From an uncultured Candidatus Binatia bacterium (lineage in GTDB: Bacteria > Desulfobacterota > Binatia > UBA9968 > JAJDTQ01), in NCBI GenBank assembly GCA_964291295.2, contig OZ219754.1:640001-704000 (forward strand): a stretch of 64,000 nt of DNA, in the 5' to 3' direction. Each line of letters opens with the position of its first letter. Positions within the stretch are counted from its first letter, which is position 1. The notes below the pieces were generated by a model that did not search any database, was not told the DNA's origin, and saw only the letters and a list, made by a program, of their open reading frames with translations. A program made the position numbers and the translations under genes. This document shows positions 59,870 through 64,000 of this stretch, in pieces.

Positions 59870-62800
59870 ATGGGTATTGAGCGGACCGGCGGCGATGGCA
59901 TTGATGAACTGCAGGGCGGTATGGGCGACGATACGCTGGACGGCGGCGGTGGCGACGATACGCTGGACGGCGGCGACGGCGTTGACACCCTGTATGGCGG
60001 CAACGGGAACGACACGGTTGATGGCGGTTCGGGCAACGATTCTCTGTTCGGCGGCACCGGGGACGACACGCTGAGGGGCGGCACGGGCGCGGACACCCTG
60101 TATGGCGGCATGGGGGCGGACACCTTCGCGTTTACGGTGGGGGACGGCGAAGACACGATCGCCGATTTCGAGGCCGGCGAAACGATCGAGATTGCCGGGG
60201 TGGCCGGCGGTTTCCCGGCGCTGGTGATCAAGCAGGACGGCACCAATGCGGTCATCCGCTACGGCGAGGGTGACAAGATCATACTGCAGGGCGTGACGGC
60301 GGCCTCGCTCGGCGCGGACGACTTCCACTTCCTTCCGGTTGAATCTGCAGAAGGGAAGACGCTGAAAGGCGGCAACCGCGCGGACACGCTGACCGGCGAC
60401 GACGGCGACGACGTCCTGAAAGGCCGCAAGGGCGACGACACGCTGGCCGGTGGCAGCGGCGACGATACGCTGAGGGGCGGCAAGGGCGACGACACGCTGA
60501 CCGGCGGCGACGGCGACGACGTTCTGAAAGGCCACAAGGGCGACGACACGCTGGCCGGTGGCAGCGGCGACGATACGCTGAGGGGCCACAAGGGCGACGA
60601 CACGCTGACGGGCGGCGACGGCGACGATACGCTGACGGGCGGTCCTGGCGACGACACCTTCGTGTTCGCGGTGGGGGATGGCACCGACACGATCACCGAT
60701 TTCGGGGAAGGCGACCGGATTCGTCTCGACGGGGTCCCGGTTGGCTTCGAGGGGCTGGATATCCGTCAGGACGGCGCTGATGCCGTGATCCACTACGGCG
60801 ACGGCGACACGATCACCCTGCGGGGCGTGTCGGCGAACTCCTTGGGCGAGGACGACTTCCTGCTTCCCGACGCGAGCCAAAGCCTTCCCGGCACTCAGGA
60901 CAGCCCTCTCGTACAGGGCGCCAGTCAGACTCCAGACAAGCCGTCTGGCCCCAATCAGAAGGTGCCGACTCCCTGGGACGATGACTGGGATTCCGCGGGC
61001 AACGTCTCCATACGTAGAGGCACCGACGGCGACGACACCATGAAAGTCGCCCGGGGCAAAAACATCTTGATTGGCGGCAAGGGCGACGACACCCTGGAAA
61101 GCGGTTGGGACGGCGACACTTTCGTGTTTCGGACGGGAGATGGGAACGATACCATTGTCGATCTCCTGGACGGCGACAAGATCCATCTCTATGGGGTTTC
61201 CGATGGTTTCGGGTGGCGCAATATCCGGCAGGACGGCGACGCCACAGTTATCAGCTACGGCGATGGCGGCGACACGGTCACATTGCTGACCATACAGGCG
61301 GGTGCCTTGTTCCTTCAATCAAGAGACTTTGTTGGCAGCGGCGGGTCCAAGCCCGCCATCCTCTCCCTGTACGGCGGAAGCGGCAAGGCTCAGAACATGC
61401 TGTTCGGGGGCGGCAACAAGGCGACGACACCCCTGGACGATGCTTGGGATGGCGCGGGCGTGGGCGCGGGCTCCAAACGCATACACAGGCGCGGCGACGG
61501 CGACGACACCATGACTTGGGACGGCCGTCCGTCCAACATCATCGTGCTCAACTACAAGGGCGATGTTCTGCCCGGCGTCCTGCCCGGCGTCCTGCTCGGT
61601 GGCGGGGGCGACGACACCCTGACCGCCGTCAGCAGGGGTAACAATACCCTGCACGGCGGTTCGGGCAACGATACTCTGGAGGGCGGTAACGGCGACGACA
61701 CCTTGTATGGCGGTTCGGACAAAGACACCCTCGCCGGCGGCAAGGGCAACGACACCTTGCTTGGCGGCAAGGGCAACGATGTCCTCACCGGCGGTTCGGG
61801 TGCCGATGCCTTCGTATTTCTGGCGGGAGACGGGGACGACACCATTACCGATTTCGGGAACGGCGACAGGATTCATATCATTGGGGTTCCTGGCGGTTTT
61901 GGCGCGCTCGACATCCGTCAGGATGGGGACGACGCGATCGTCAGCTACGGCGCTGGCGGCGACACGGTCACATTGCTGAACAAACAGACGGACTCCCTTG
62001 GCGCCAGCGATTTCAAATTCGCCACCTCCTACGAGTTTGTACCCTCCGAACCAAAGAGGTTTCCGAATCCCCCGGACGATGACTGGGATGGCACGACGAG
62101 GTACAGCCGCATCGACACCGGCCGCCGCATCGACGCCGGCCGCATCCAGAAGGGTACCGACGGCAACGACACCCTGACCGGGACGACGACGGGGTTTGCC
62201 GATTTCATACTCAACAAAGACCGCGGTGCGGAAACCTGGAACGATGTCCTGCTCGGCGGTGCGGGCGACGACACCTTGTATGGCGGTTCGGACAAAGACA
62301 CCCTGAACGGCGGTTCGGGTCACGATACCCTGAACGGCGGTTCGGGCGACGATACCCTGTATGGCGGTTCGGGCGACGACACCCTGAACGGCGGTTCGGG
62401 TCGCGATACCCTGACCGGCGGCGTGGGCGCCGATACCTTCATGTTCCGGGTGGGCGACGGGAGAGACACCATTACCGATTTCGGAAACGGCGACAGGATT
62501 CATATCTTCGGAGCGCTCGATATCCGTCAGGCCAGCAGCGGCGACGACACGATCATCTTCTACGGCGCCAGAGGCGGCGGCGACAGCATCAGGTTACTGG
62601 GCGTACAGGCAAGCTCCCTTGACGGCAACAGGGATTTCAGGTTCGACAGCTACGGGACCGGGCCTGCCAACCTTAGCCTGAAAGACGAATCCCGGGGCGA
62701 CGACACCCTGCATGGCGGTGCGGGCGATGACACCCTGTATGTCGGCTGGGGCGACGACACCTCGCATGGCGGTGCGGGCGATGACAGCCTGTATGGCGGT

Positions 62801-63280
62801 GCGGGCGGCGACACCTCGCATGGCGGTGCGGGCGATGACACCCTGTATGGCAGCTGGGGCGACGACACCTTGCATGGCGGTGCGGGCGATGACATCGTGA
62901 TTGGCGACGGCGGCGACGACACCTTGCATGGTGGCGAGGGCAACGATGTCCTGGTCGGCAGCTGGGGCGACGACACCTTGCATGGCGGCGAGGGCAACGA
63001 CGACCTGGTCGGCGGTCGGAACGACGATACATTCGTTTTCACCAACGGCTCCTCGAGCAGTGACGATGTCGACACGATCAAGGATTTCGAGACGTACGGA
63101 GAGGAGGACACCATCCAGCTTTCCGGCTTCACCGGCATAGATGACTTCAACGACCTCGAGGGCAGAATCACCACGAGAAACACCGGCGAAGTAGTCATCG
63201 ATCTGACGGATGTGGGCGGCGGCCTGATCGTGGTTGAAGGCGTGACCGAGATGGATGCTTGGGACTTCGATTTCGTATGA
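59870..63280 (+). CDS. RTX Ca-binding repeat protein, 1136 aa, copy 2
   Basis: Same length as copy 1; ATG 59870 after AGGAGG (track start 59708 lies inside the IS). Confidence 0.93.
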   Translation: MGIERTGGDGIDELQGGMGDDTLDGGGGDDTLDGGDGVDTLYGGNGNDTVDGGSGNDSLFGGTGDDTLRGGTGADTLYGGMGADTFAFTVGDGEDTIADFEAGETIEIAGVAGGFPALVIKQDGTNAVIRYGEGDKIILQGVTAASLGADDFHFLPVESAEGKTLKGGNRADTLTGDDGDDVLKGRKGDDTLAGGSGDDTLRGGKGDDTLTGGDGDDVLKGHKGDDTLAGGSGDDTLRGHKGDDTLTGGDGDDTLTGGPGDDTFVFAVGDGTDTITDFGEGDRIRLDGVPVGFEGLDIRQDGADAVIHYGDGDTITLRGVSANSLGEDDFLLPDASQSLPGTQDSPLVQGASQTPDKPSGPNQKVPTPWDDDWDSAGNVSIRRGTDGDDTMKVARGKNILIGGKGDDTLESGWDGDTFVFRTGDGNDTIVDLLDGDKIHLYGVSDGFGWRNIRQDGDATVISYGDGGDTVTLLTIQAGALFLQSRDFVGSGGSKPAILSLYGGSGKAQNMLFGGGNKATTPLDDAWDGAGVGAGSKRIHRRGDGDDTMTWDGRPSNIIVLNYKGDVLPGVLPGVLLGGGGDDTLTAVSRGNNTLHGGSGNDTLEGGNGDDTLYGGSDKDTLAGGKGNDTLLGGKGNDVLTGGSGADAFVFLAGDGDDTITDFGNGDRIHIIGVPGGFGALDIRQDGDDAIVSYGAGGDTVTLLNKQTDSLGASDFKFATSYEFVPSEPKRFPNPPDDDWDGTTRYSRIDTGRRIDAGRIQKGTDGNDTLTGTTTGFADFILNKDRGAETWNDVLLGGAGDDTLYGGSDKDTLNGGSGHDTLNGGSGDDTLYGGSGDDTLNGGSGRDTLTGGVGADTFMFRVGDGRDTITDFGNGDRIHIFGALDIRQASSGDDTIIFYGARGGGDSIRLLGVQASSLDGNRDFRFDSYGTGPANLSLKDESRGDDTLHGGAGDDTLYVGWGDDTSHGGAGDDSLYGGAGGDTSHGGAGDDTLYGSWGDDTLHGGAGDDIVIGDGGDDTLHGGEGNDVLVGSWGDDTLHGGEGNDDLVGGRNDDTFVFTNGSSSSDDVDTIKDFETYGEEDTIQLSGFTGIDDFNDLEGRITTRNTGEVVIDLTDVGGGLIVVEGVTEMDAWDFDFV

Positions 63281-63304
63281 CTTGGACAAACCCTGGTTGA
63301 GTCC

Positions 63305-63323
63305 GCCCCGGGTTTTCCGGGGG
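63305..63323 (+). terminator. GC hairpin downstream of the RTX gene (mirror near 23652-23670)
   Basis: ccccgg-gtttt-ccgggg about 25 nt after the stop; no clear U tail. Confidence 0.35.
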
Positions 63324-63592
63324 AGTGCGGCAGGCATGAGACTCGGCGACCACTTCGAGCGGCGCCGGAGCGTTTATCAGGCGCGTGTGATTGGGCGGCG
63401 AGGTGAGTCTTGCCCAATGCAAAGTGAGCCTGAAGCAAGGAAGTCGGAGATCATCAGGAGGGAGGCTCTCGAAACGAAAGGATGTATTGGGGTGAGAATT
63501 GCAGGGTATCACGGGGGCTGAGATTCGGAGGCAGGATGATGGGAGTGGTGCTGGGCTGGGTTCCAAGCAGCCGGGGATTTCATCGTCAAGTT

Positions 63593-64000
63593 TTATCCCC
63601 ACAACCAGTCGAGGTCCGAGAATGCGAGCTGCCGGTCGAAATTCAGGATATTGTCGCGCACATTGAGGATGAGGCACCGGTCGTTGCCGCCGTTCAGCCT
63701 GCCACGCAGGCCGCGCCCGATCATCTGGAAATAGAGGTTCGGGCTGTAGACCGGACGCGCCACCACGATCGCGCGGGTTCGCGGCGCGTCGAAACCCTCG
63801 CGGAAGACACCGTAGTTGACCAGCACCCGGATACTGCCCCTGCGGAATTCCTCCACGATTCTGCGGCGCGTCGCGGAGTCGGTTTCGCCGCTGACCGCGC
63901 GCGCGACAATACCGCGCCCGTTGAGAAGCACCGCCACAGTTTGCGCGTGTTCGACCGAAGTCGCGAAGACCAAAGTGGGCCAATCCGGCTCGATATGCGT
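63593..64000 (-). CDS. SF2 helicase C-terminal domain (gene begins beyond window)
   Basis: LVFATSVEHA, VNYGVFREGFDAP, QMIGRGLRG; open frame to window edge. Confidence 0.88.
   Translation of the reverse strand, partial: THIEPDWPTLVFATSVEHAQTVAVLLNGRGIVARAVSGETDSATRRRIVEEFRRGSIRVLVNYGVFREGFDAPRTRAIVVARPVYSPNLYFQMIGRGLRGRLNGGNDRCLILNVRDNILNFDRQLAFSDLDWLWG

Larger units (their letters stand above)
59175..64000. repeat. Copy 2 of the inverted duplication (continues past window end)
   Basis: Reverse complement of 23057-27799, plus 82 bp and one extra G. Confidence 0.97.

Noticed and set aside
23695-63280. RTX pair as a diversity-generating retroelement (template and variable repeat)
   Set aside because: Changes are not adenine-specific (C/T, T/G, C/G seen), both copies are full genes, and there is no reverse transcriptase in the window

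Overview
GC-rich bacterial chromosomal window. The gene set (amidohydrolases, AAA/PD-(D/E)XK protein, S8 lipoprotein, RTX proteins) suggests a deltaproteobacterial/Binatia-like, possibly host-associated organism; this is inference only. 1-16.5 kb: catabolic and housekeeping genes (2-hydroxyacid dehydrogenases, M24 peptidase, BoxB/PaaA-like di-iron protein, Fe-S oxidoreductase, hydrolases, carboxyltransferase, pgi). 16.9-28.5 kb: a decaying accessory island with a DISARM-like remnant (frameshifted drmE-like gene, intact NERD-helicase, drmA stub), fitAB, a helicase pseudogene, a 1136-aa RTX gene, a truncated IS4 element and a relE/HTH pseudogene pair. 29-52 kb: core genes (amidase, aldo/keto reductase, pstSCAB with six Pho-box units, dsbA, trmJ, fpg-like, acyl-CoA enzymes, MFS, selA-selB-selD, with SelD itself a selenoprotein). 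52-64 kb: S8 lipoprotein, AAA-nuclease, a surface lipoprotein, a full IS4-family element with a Glu-to-Gln change at the catalytic site, and an inverted second copy of the helicase-RTX-IS block. The best candidate for an undescribed system is a surface-variation locus: two inverted RTX paralogues identical in protein sequence over about 790 aa but differing almost only non-synonymously in the C-terminal beta-roll, each behind a 16/17-nt poly-G tract in a putative promoter spacer, with a third such tract upstream of a lipoprotein gene. The two copies bracket a potentially invertible 31-kb segment. All calls are by eye; no searches were run.
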